A stretch of 47,007 nt of DNA, filler included, from Jimgerdemannia flammicorona (Eukaryota): NCBI GenBank assembly GCA_003990765.1. It is 2 parts of 2 records of this genome, joined end to end, with 100 filler letters (N's around TTAATTAATTAA, not from the genome) between each part and the next. Parts side by side here need not be neighbours in the genome. Positions count along the whole stretch, not along the records: positions 1 to 23,464 come from RBNJ01001104.1; 1 more part is not named here. The stretch is one strand, 5' to 3'. The position numbers and the translations under genes are program-made. Shown here one piece after another: positions 11,080-21,292 of the stretch; the first letter of the stretch is position 1, and each line of letters begins with the position of its first letter. The notes under the pieces are model-generated. The model ran no database searches. It had not been told where the DNA came from and was given only the letters and a program-made list of their open reading frames with translations.

Positions 11080-13288
11080 CTACAGAAAGCAGGACTGGCA
11101 GCGAGGAGACCAGTATCCTAGTGGAGCTTCTGAAGCAAAATACAATCTTGCATGAGTTAAATCTCTCCGGTATGGTTGAACAGTGCGAACTATTGTTTAT
11201 GTAAAATTAAACACACACTCTAGGCATATATTCTTATCCCTATCTATGTTCAGAAAAGTACAAGTACATGAGCGACAGAGCAACGCGCACTTTGATCGAA
11301 TTTCTGAAGCAGAACACAAACGTGACCAAGCTCGATCTCAGCAGTGAGTCAGAAACTCCGAATTATTGTTTTTGTAGCCGTGGGATAGGAACAAGTTGTG
11401 ATCCAGGTGTGCTCATATCCTCTCATTATATGCAGGAAACGGAATCGGCATTCTGTTGGCCCCCGCCCTAGCCGAGTGTTTGAAGCAGAACACGACCTTG
11501 ACTTCGTTGAATCTCCAAAGTATGTCAGAACTGTGTGAAGCAATGGGTGCGGCTGCTCAAAGGAATCACGCTCGCTGATCCCCTCCTGTCCATTTCTCAG
11601 TGAACAGCATCGGCCACGAGGGGGCACGCGCTCTAGCCGAGTATTTGAAGCAGAACACGACCTTGACCTCGCTGAATCTCCGTGGTATGTCAGAACTGTG
11701 TGAAGTAATGGGTGTGGCTGCGCAATGGAATCAAGCTCACGATGTGTGCGTGTTCGCTGATCCCCTCCTGTTCATTTTCTCAGACAACAGCATCGGCCAC
11801 GAGGGGGCACGCGTCCTAGCCGAGTGTTTGAAGCAGATCACGACCTTGACCTCACTGAATCTCTGTGGTATGTCAGAACTGTGTGAAGAAATGGGTGCGG
11901 CTGCGCAATGGAATCAAGCTCACGATGTGCACGTGTTCGCTAATCCCCTCCTGTTCATTATCGCAGGGAACAGCATCGGCGACGAGGGGGCACGCGCCTT
12001 AGCCGAGAGTTTGAAGCAGAACACGACCTTGACCTCTCTGGATCTCGAATGTATGTCAGAACTGTGTGAAGAAATGGGTGCGGCTGCGCAATGGAATCCA
12101 CCTCACGATGTGTGCGTGTTCGCTGATCCCTCCTGTTCATTTCTCAGTGAACAGCATCGGCCACGAGGGGGCACGCGCTCTAGCCGAGTGTTTGAAGCAG
12201 AACACGACCTTGACCTCGCTGGATCTCCGTGGTATGTCAGAACTGTGGGTGCGGCTGCGCAATGGAATCAAGTTCACGATGTGTGTGTGTTCGCTGATCC
12301 CCTCCTGTTCATTTCTCAGGGGACAGCATCCGCGACGAGGGGGCATGCGCCCTAGCCGAGTGTTTGAAGCAGAACACGACCTTGACCTTGCTGAATCTCC
12401 AAAGTATGCCAGAACTGTGTGAAGCAATGGGTGCGGCTCCGCAATGGAATCAAGCTCACGATTTGTGCATGTTCGCTGATCCCCTCCTGTTTATTTTCTC
12501 AGACAACAGCATCGGCCATGAGGGAGTATGCACTCTAGCCGAGTGTTTGAAGCAGAACACGATCTTGACCTCGCTGGATCTCAAATGTATGTCAGAACTG
12601 TGTGAAGCAATGGGAGCAGCTGCGCAATGGAATCAAGTTCACGATGTGTGCGTGTTCGTTGATCCCCTCCTGTTCATTTTCTCAGGGAACAGCATCGGCT
12701 GCGAGGGAGCACGCACTCTAGCCGAGTGTTTGAAGCAGAACACAACCTTGACCACGCTGGATCTCGAAGGTATGTCGGAACTGTGTGAAGAAATGGGGGC
12801 GGCTACGTAATTGGAATCAAGCTCACTATGTGTGCATATTTGCTGATTCCCTCCTATTCATTTTCTCAAGGAACAGCATCGGCCACGAGGGGGCATTCGC
12901 TCTAGCCGAGTGTTTGAAGCAGAACACGACCTTGACCTCGCTGGATCTCGAAGGTATGCCAGAACTGTGTGAAGCAATTGGTGCGGCTGCGCAATGGAAT
13001 CAAGCTCACGATGTGTGCGTGTTCGCTGATCCCCTCCTGTTCATTTTCTCAGGGAACATCATCGGCCAAGAGGGGGCATGCGCCCTAGCCAAGTGTTTGA
13101 AGCAGAACACGACCTTGACCTCGCTGGATCTCCGTGGTATGTCAGAACTGTGTGAAGCAATGGGTGCGGCTGCGCAATGGAATCAAGCTCACGATGTGTG
13201 CGTGTTTGCTGTTTATTTCTCAGACAACAACACCGACGACGAGGCACACGCCCTAGACGAGTTCAAAAATGTGGTTGTTTGGATATAA
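11080..13288 (+). CDS. RI-like (NLRC3/RNI-type) leucine-rich repeat region, one 28-aa LRR per exon; probable 3' part of the kinase (pseudo)gene
   Basis: Exons 11080/11086-11169 and 11254-11343, then ten 84-bp phase-1 exons: 11436-11519, 11601-11684, 11784-11867, 11967-12050, 12148-12231, 12320-12403, 12503-12586, 12686-12769, 12870-12953, 13053-13136. Last exon 13224-13288. Consensus xNSIGHEGARALAECLKQNTTLTSLDLx, GTATG donors, (c)tcAG acceptors. The acceptor before 12870 is mutated to AA. Confidence 0.85.
11436..13240 (+). repeat. Tandem ~183-bp exon+intron repeat, about 10 units
   Basis: Each unit is an 84-bp exon plus a highly similar intron gtatgtcagaactgtgtgaag.aatgggtgcggctgcgcaatggaatcaagctcacgatgtgtgcgtgttcgctgatcccctcctgttcattttctcag. 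Intron lengths are 81, 99, 99, 97, 88, 99, 99, 100, 99 and 87 bp. Confidence 0.95.
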
Positions 13289-13549
13289 CTTAATCAATTG
13301 TGTCCATATCCATTTATTCCGGTTTGCCATCCAGGTTTGAAAACTCGCAGTATCGTTATATACTTAGGGGGGGATTATATCTTATAAAATGTGCAACGAA
13401 AGTTCTGAGATGTGCTGCTTTTCGTCCTGACTATTTCTATTTATATATGTAATGCCCTTGGCAAAATTCGCGAGTGTGGTAGTCATGTGATAACCATTTT
13501 CCTCAGGAAATCTAATAATAGAGCTGTGGCTTTGCTTCGGAAGTGGGAT

Positions 13550-13655
13550 GGACCTCAGCGAAGGGGACATCGGAGTAGACCTCAGTGAAGGGGATGTCAG
13601 TGAAGGGGACCTCGGGCGAAGGGGACATCAATGTTGGTGAAGGAACCTTGGGCAC
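13550..13655 (+). repeat. Short degenerate tandem repeat (~15-bp gacctcagcgaagggg-like unit)
   Basis: Four to five variant copies of gac(c/a)tc(a/g)g(c/t)gaagggg are visible. Confidence 0.6.
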
Positions 13656-14731
13656 AGAGGAGAGTTGATCTGACTAAGGTCTGGTTTCGGTTTGATTCAG
13701 TCCCTATCGGAATTTAAAAATGACATTTCGGTTCGTTCACATGAACACCACAATTTCAATTTACATCCCTTTCCAAATAATAATCTGCAGTACAATATGG
13801 CTGGAAGTTTATGAATAAAGGTCAAGAATTCGCTCGCACAAGTCGCATATGAATTGCTGCCCTCACCATGATTTTGAGGTTTTTCGCGTGGCCGATCGAC
13901 TACTGGCGTTGCTTGTTTTGGATTTGGTGTCATCACCAACCTCAGTGTATATACCAGAAATTAGTTGCTAACAAAATAAAAGCCGTAGAGTGCCTAGTAT
14001 ATTAAGTAAAGCATTGCAAACATGAAAAGTGATGAATGCACAAAATGCTGGAATCTGGCACTTTGTAATCTCCAGTCTTCTAAACCTCTAATCAAAACAG
14101 CACAAAGCATCAGGCAGAGGGCAGGCTAAAGGGCGAGTGGGATAAATGCAGCCAAATCTAAAAATATATATATAAATATAAATAAAAAAGAGGAGGTGGG
14201 ATGGGTGATATCATCTGATGGGTGGCGATTTCCAAAAGAGAATGAAAATGAAAAAAATAAAGAGAAAATAATAAAAAAGAAGAAATAATAAAAAAAAGTA
14301 ATAATAAAAAGTTATATATGTCAATGTTCTGGTGAAGGAGTGTGAGTATAAGTAGGACAAGTTTGTAGAGACAGATGGTCTTGGGGGAAAAGGTGGCAGG
14401 GTAAGAGAGGCTGATAGTGAATATTCTGTCTAGTTGGTGAAAGGAGTGAGGCCCTCAGAGAGGTCACCATCAGTATCTGGTGAAAGGGATCTGTAAGAAG
14501 AGTTGTGGGCAGATTATAGTAGTTAATAATATGGTTGTATTTGTAAGAGTAGAGGTGGGGGAGAGAGAGTGTGTTAGGGTTAAATAGGATGAGATGAATT
14601 AGATTGGAGCTATTAGTATAGTATGAGGACCATGTGTTTATTATAAACTAGTTAATAAAGGAACTGCATATCTGTAAAAAAAAAAAGTAAGATAAGTTTG
14701 TTTGTATAAAGTAAGAATTATATTATAAGCT

Positions 14732-17700
14732 CACCTTTCACCAGTAACATTCAGATGACACAAGACTCAGACAATACTTTCTACAATGTTTTTGGTAAAA
14801 GGTGACTAGCAACATGGACAGCAATGAACATACTGGTGAGCATGCTGGCCAGGGGGGCAGCAGTGCCTTTGACTGGCAGCATGTAGGGAGGAGGAGAGGG
14901 GATGGCTTGGGAATGCCAGGGCCTTCTATGGCTGGACATGGTACTGGTGGAGGAGGAAGAGGCAGATTGAGGCAATGTGGAGGGAAGAGGATGACCTTTG
15001 TGGACAAAGTCAAGATGGAGAGAATGGCATCTGGTCTGGATAGTTGGTTGGGCCTAGAGAAGGCATCAGTGGCTACTGCAGAGAGACTGGGAGGCATCCC
15101 CATGGAAGAGTCAGACAGTAGGAGAGGGGGGGGAGTAGGGGCTGGAGATGTGACAGCTGATGGAGCTGTAACTGAGGATCTGGCAAAAAATCCAGATATG
15201 ATAGTGGTGGGCAGTTCAGGATAGGGGGTGGGCCGAGAGAGTACCTGGGCAGGGAAACCTAGGATGGCCCAAGGTGGGGCCCAGGGTGGATCAAGAGAGG
15301 AGGGACAGAGTGGCATGGAGGCAGATACAGAAATGAGCAAGGAAGCAGTATGGTGTCCCAGGTGGGGCAGAGAGTGAGGAGGAACTACTGAATATATCAG
15401 AAGAGGAGTGGGATGAGTCAGTGAGGAGGAGTGCTTTGGTAGACCCTGAGGCGAGGGTTGAACAGGTTGCCCAGAGTGTGGCAGAGGTGGTGGACAAGGA
15501 GAAGTGGCTGTAGAAGACTCTGGAGAGAGTGGCAGTAGAGAAGCTGGGGGGAGAGAACTTCCAGGTTATAGAAGAGAGGTATTGGGAGGAAATTCTTGAA
15601 GGTGAGGAGGTACTGAGGAAGGTTAGGAATGAGATTCTGGCAGTACTCTTGGAATCAGTTGAATATCAAGTGGATGATCAGAGGGAGGAGGAACTTCAGG
15701 TGATTGCAAATGAATGGACAACATACTTGTGGGAATTGAGGAAGGGGTTGGAAAAGTGGAGAGTAGTCTGTGCTGATTATTGGGTAGAAATGGAAGTGGT
15801 GGATAGAGTGGAATATCAGGAGATCATGGAGGCATTAGATGCTCAGGCTATAGTGGAAGGTGATCTGGAAGTAGAGAGATGCTTAGATCTGACAGGGGAT
15901 GAGATGAGCATAGAATACTAGGCTGGGTTCTCAAATTCAAACATTATTCAATATGAACAGTACAACTAGAATATTCTCTTTGAATGTGAATGGATTGAGG
16001 GGGGCAGCTCAGTGAAGGAATATATTTGGTTGGCTCAGGGGATTGGATGCAGATCTCTTCTTACTGCAGGATGTATAGTATGAGGTAGATGTAGACTTAC
16101 AGGATTGGACTCAAGAATGGGGGGGGGCAGTAGTGTGGACCAAGTGGGTGGGTATCCTAGTTCGAAAGGGGATGGGGGACATTGGTGATATTGGACATTG
16201 GGAGAGTTGATTGATATAGAGAGTGTGGAAGAGGCCTGGATAGAGCCCTTTGACTGTTGGGTCATGTTATTGTCTGGCAGAGAGGGGGGAGTGAGTAGAT
16301 TGGATTAGAAATTTGAGAGAGGCTGGTGTCACGGGTGAGGCAGGAATTGACTGCCTGGGGGGTGATTTCAATATGGTATGAGATAATGTAGTAGACAGAA
16401 CCAATGGTGGTAGAGGAATGAGGAGCTGAAGTGGTGGGTTGGATAATTAGATGGAGATGAAGAGGTTGAGTTCTTTGGTTGATTCAGGGAGATAGTTTTG
16501 GGAGGATCATCAAATTTACACTCACTGGGCAGCTGGGCTGGGCTCCAGAATTAACTAGATATTGATGGCAGAGTGCTGGGGAGCAGATGTCTGGGCTATG
16601 CTGGAGGTGGTTTGGTGACCATGGTCAGATCACTGGGGTCTGTTAGGGGGGGGGAGGTTTGGGGGAAGTGGGGATGGGCCTGGGCATTGGCAACTGAATT
16701 CCTCTTTATTAAAAGATGGTGCTTTATGGGCCAACTAGGAGGAGGAGGTCATTGGGAAAATTTGTAGGTGGAGGGAGAAGGGTCTGGTGATTGGGGATCA
16801 CTGGCAGAGGCTGAAATTGAGTGCTCAGGGATACTGGAGGGAGGCAGAGAAAGGAAGGAGTGTCTAGTGGTGGCAGAGAGTACTATGGGCTTCACAGTGA
16901 TTGGCAGTGCTCCTGGGGAGATAGATGGGGGCATTAGACAATTGGGAGGTAGCCAACTGGCATATTGTAGGAATTCAAAAGGAAGTTGAGGAGCTTAAGG
17001 AGGTGTTATGAATGGAGAAAGAGAATAAGCTAAAGGGGATAGTGGCAAGGCTGAGGTGGCAGGGGTTGGAGGAGGGCAAGAGACCCACTAGGTTTTTATT
17101 ATGGTTGCTACAAGTGCAGAGAACTAAACAGTGGTGGGATGGTCTTTTGGATGAGAATGGAGAGATGGTGGTGGGGACTCCAGTGATTCTGAGATTGCTA
17201 TGGACCTGCTGAGAGGACTATGGAGTGAGGAAGAAGGGGGTGAGGATGCCTTGAACATTGAAAGACAGTTGGAGGATTGGTATTCGGACTCAGTAATAGG
17301 CCTGGGGACTCTGGGGGACCCAGTGAGGGGGGAGGAAATTTGTAAGGTTTTGGCTTCAACATGCAAGGGGATGGTGCTGGGAGAGGATGGGCTTCCCTGG
17401 GATTTTTGGAAAACGATGGTGGGAGTAGAGGTAGTATTGGAGGGGATGACAGCAATGTATAGCAAGGTTCTTTCGTCTGGAACTTGAATTGGGGGCCAGC
17501 ACTTGGGACTGGTCTCCTTGCTCTATAAGAATAAGGGGAGAAGGGAAGATTGGAAGAACTGGAGACCAATCATACTCCTCAATATGGACTGTAAGCTGGT
17601 GACGAAGGTCTTGGTGACTAGACTGTAGGAGATCACTCAGCAAGTACTTGTAGTAGAGCAAAGAGGGTTTGTTGGTGGTTGGTTGATCCAAGATGGGATG

Positions 17701-19710
17701 GCCTTGGTCCATGGAGTAATTGAGGGGGCTTGGGCTGTTGGGGTTGATAACAGATTAGTGTTTCTGGATCAGGAGAAGGCATATGATAGAGTGAGGAGGA
17801 TCTGGCTGGAGGGAGTGCTGAGACAGGTGGGGGTTCTTCCAGGGTTCAGGAGGTCAATAATCAGTCTTTTAGAGAACAGTCAGGCAGTGTTAGTAGTCAA
17901 CAGACACAGGGGTGTAACTTTTCCTCTTAGTCATTGGGTGCTGCAAGGAGACCCTTTGTCACCCATCTTATATGCCCTTTCCTTGGAGCCCCTATTGGAC
18001 AGAATCAGATATCAAATTGGAGGTTTGGACATTCTGGGGATTAATTGGAAAGTGGGGGCCTTTGCGGATAATATGGTGGTTGGACTGGGTTCATTGGAGG
18101 ACGTGGAGGAATTACGAAGGTCTATGGAATGGTATGAGAGGGGCTCAGGTGCCAAACTCAACTGGTACAAATGTGAGACTCTGGTACTAGGTGGTGGAAT
18201 AGTGGGCAGGGACATGATTGGAATGGTGGTACCAGCTGGAGACCCAGTTTACTATCTGGGGATCTACTTCTCAGTGTATGGGTCTTTCTTGCCCCATGTT
18301 TGGTAGGAACAGCAACTCCTAGCATGGGGAAATGTGCTCCTATAGTGGGGGGGTTGACATATATCCTTGATAGGAAGGGTGATGGTGCTGAATATATATT
18401 GGCTGCCAAAGCTGTGGTATGTGGGGTATCATCTAGACTTCCTAGCATGAGTGGTCAGGCAACTTCTGAAGATGGCAAGATCATGGATCTGGGCTGGGCA
18501 GCGAAGTTAGATAGGGTGAGAGGTTTTGACCCTACCTGTGAACAAAGGTGGGCTAGGCTTGGTGGACTTTACCAAATACCTTCATTGCTTGTGAGTGTGG
18601 TGGCTGAAGAGGGCGAGTGAGTTGAGGGGCCAGGAGTGGGTACTACTCATGCAGAGGGTGTGAGAGGCCTGGTATTTCCCCTGTGGAGCATCTGGCAATC
18701 TGCTGGCAATGGTGGCCCTGGATGGGTACAGGGGGATGCAGTATAAGGGCTTTTGATAGGGAGTGGTAGATGGCGCAAGGAGAATTGGTCTTTGGTGGCA
18801 GAGTGGGGAGAGAGAGGAAGATTGGAGACTGTAGATGTGGAGATAGGATAGGCTACTGCTGGGTGGTATTTTGGTGGAGGATTTTTAGCTTGGTGATGGA
18901 ATAGATTGTATGTGGGGCTTAGGGGGGGACCTTTGGCCTGAAATGTGGCAGAGGGTGGGGATTGGTGAGGAGTGAGACTGGAATAGTCTTTGACCTTAGA
19001 GCAAGCAGGTGATGTGGTAGCTTCCCCCCAAGTTCTGGGTGGTATAGTGGCAGTTTCTAAGGCGGAATATGATGTTGAACTATCAGTCTGGGCACTTGGT
19101 GGCAGATGGCATGTTTGAGTGTGAGGAATGTAAGATGTCAGACAGGAGGGGGGAGTGGTACAAATGCCTGAACATTGGTTTGGCAAATGTATTATCCTAG
19201 GGGAGTTTTAGCACTGTATTATAGACTGGTTAGAGCTATAAGTCTTGGTGGGGGGGGAAGGAGGGAGATGGGGAGACCTCCACCAAAGGCTAGTAGGAGG
19301 GGTTGGGGACAAATGGCTGACCCTGGATTGGGCTCTGGTAATCTGGGTTAGGCTGGCTAAATATTGGTTATATGTATTCGAGGAGGGCCAGTGGGTTGAG
19401 GTTAGGGCTAGGGTAGTATAATGGAAATGGCTATTATTGGATATTTTGAATGGCTGGTGGAGAGGGTGGGGACCAGGTGGGGGGAGTTGATGGAGTTTGG
19501 TAAATTATATTTATCAGAAAAGTAGAGGGAGAATTTGGGTGGTGGGTGACTGGGTTATCTTTTGACAGAGAGAGATGGAGAGTGGAGAGTGGGATCTGAG
19601 GGGTATCAGTTGAGGGGATGCAGGTGAAATTGTATTATTATTTATAGATTGAGGTGGTAATAAAGTTGCAGTCTAAGTGACTATAAAAAAAACAAAAAAA
19701 AAAAAAAAAA
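14732..19710 (+). mobile_element. Full-length, decayed non-LTR retrotransposon (L1/Tx1-like LINE)
   Basis: ORF1 remnant 14814-15921. ORF2 from ~15952 has an APE start (IFSLNVNGL...DLFLLQD) and RT motifs WRPIILLNMDCKL, LDQEKAYDRV, QGDPLSPILY, AFADN, GAKLNWYK. AATAAA at 19659 and poly(A) tail to 19710. The 16-bp TSD AATTATATTATAAGCT occurs at 14716-14731 and 19711-19726. Many stops and frameshifts. Confidence 0.93.
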
Positions 19711-19726
19711 AATTATATTATAAGCT

Positions 19727-20640
19727 TAAGACAATCTTTATAATTTCATACTTTCTCATAACTATATATATATATAACTTTCTATTATATATAATAATTT
19801 TATTAATTTCAGCTCATTTTTATATCTTTTCAGTAGAGGAGGGTTTTTTTTTATTTTTTCTTAATTATTTCATAATGTTTCAATACTATCTAAATATTTA
19901 AAAATCTTCTCTTAATATCAAAACTCTACTAAACATTCACATCTTTTTTTAGTACTAAGTATCTAATTTTAACTAATTATGAAATCTTTTAAAATATTAA
20001 GGAATTATATTTATTATTCTTAGCTAAGACTTCATCTTAGTATTTTCTTAGTATTTTGTTTTATTTGCAAGATCTTTTCAGAAATTTCTTTCATATTTTG
20101 TATAAATATCCTCTTTATTCTTTTAAATAAAGCTCAGAATATTTTCTTTTAGAAATTCTTCAAGAATACTCAAACATATAATATCTCTTCAAGCTACTTA
20201 TATATGTAGATCTACTAAAACTCTCTAAATTTATCTACTTTCTCTTAAAGAAACTAGAATTATTATACTTTGATAGTAGTAACAAAGTTATATCTTACCT
20301 TATTAAGAAATTTTACATAAACTTAAAATTAGTTACAATTAGTTATATAAATTTGAAATAGTTAACAAAGAATAAAGTTATCTTATAGAAGTTAAAGATA
20401 TATATATACTTACTCAGATTGATCTATTAGTATACTTAGAATAAATGTAATAGAATGAGTAAACAAATAAACAGATGAGAGGTGACATATGATGAGTGAT
20501 CACATGACTTAGTGATGATATCACCATCAAATGTGACATATGATATATGTATGATAAATATAATGAATAATATAATAAATAAAATCCAGCTTATCTCTAG
20601 CAATTGGTATTATAGCAATCAGTACCATAGCAACTGATTA
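19727..20640. repeat. Very AT-rich, probably ancient decayed repeat into which the LINE inserted (other half ~14150-14715)
   Basis: Extreme AT/TpA richness and near absence of CpG on both sides of the LINE TSD. No translatable motif recovered. Confidence 0.4.
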
Positions 20641-20641
20641 T

Positions 20642-21292
20642 TGTCTAACAACAGAGATCCTGATTACAAAGTATTCCTAATTACAAACTATCTGACAAAG
20701 ATTATAATTACAAACCTCACCATAGTTACCAAATTAGTCACTCATACTTAGTCAGAAATTACAAATCAACTTATATAAATATCTCCCAGTTTTCATCCAA
20801 AATAAAGACTGTTATACTTCAGTTCTTGATACAAGAATCAAGTTCTCCTCTACATATATATATTTCCCTGAGTCTTAGTAATAATACCTAAGTAACTCTA
20901 GTATTTCTAACTAAACTCCAGAAATCTAGTAACTTCTGTCAGAACTGAGACCAGTATATAAATTACAAAAGACTTAAGTAAATCTCTTATTAAATCTGAA
21001 TTCCAAGGTAAATTCAGTCTGTATATAGTAGAGAATAAGTCTTTTATAACTATAGTTATCTAAAGAGTACTGCTGCTATAACTACTTTCAAGCAAGTGCT
21101 TCTTTATACTGAAGGCTTCTTGGTATACTTATATACTAAGTCCCTAAGTAATACCTTGTTTTTCTAATTATCTAAAGGATAAGAGAGGGGTAGAAATAAG
21201 AGTTATTATAACTTAGTAGTAGTAGAATTACTGAGTTAAGAAGAAATCAAGTATATACTCCTGAGAAGTTGGAAAAAGACCAACCTTAGACA
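20642..21292 (+). mobile_element. 5' LTR of a second LTR retrotransposon
   Basis: Perfect 7-bp inverted termini TGTCTAA...TTAGACA. Internal TATATAAATA (~20772) and AATAAA (~20802). Followed by GGTGTACCCTC at the PBS position and then gag-like sequence. Confidence 0.75.

Noticed and set aside
11436..13240. Regular repeat array as a CRISPR or non-coding satellite
   Set aside because: There are no unique spacers; the units are 84-bp LRR exons bounded by GT-AG introns in a eukaryotic gene.
11600..13288. Track ORFs (11600..12355, 12364..12810, 12785..13288) as single-exon 61-aa-repeat proteins
   Set aside because: They read through introns. Indels fall only in the intron part, while exons stay exactly 84 bp.
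14200..20528. gatgggtgatatcatc (14200) and gatgatatcaccatc (20514) as TIRs of a DNA transposon hosting the LINE
   Set aside because: Only ~15 bp around a palindromic core match; I could not extend it or find a TSD or transposase motif.
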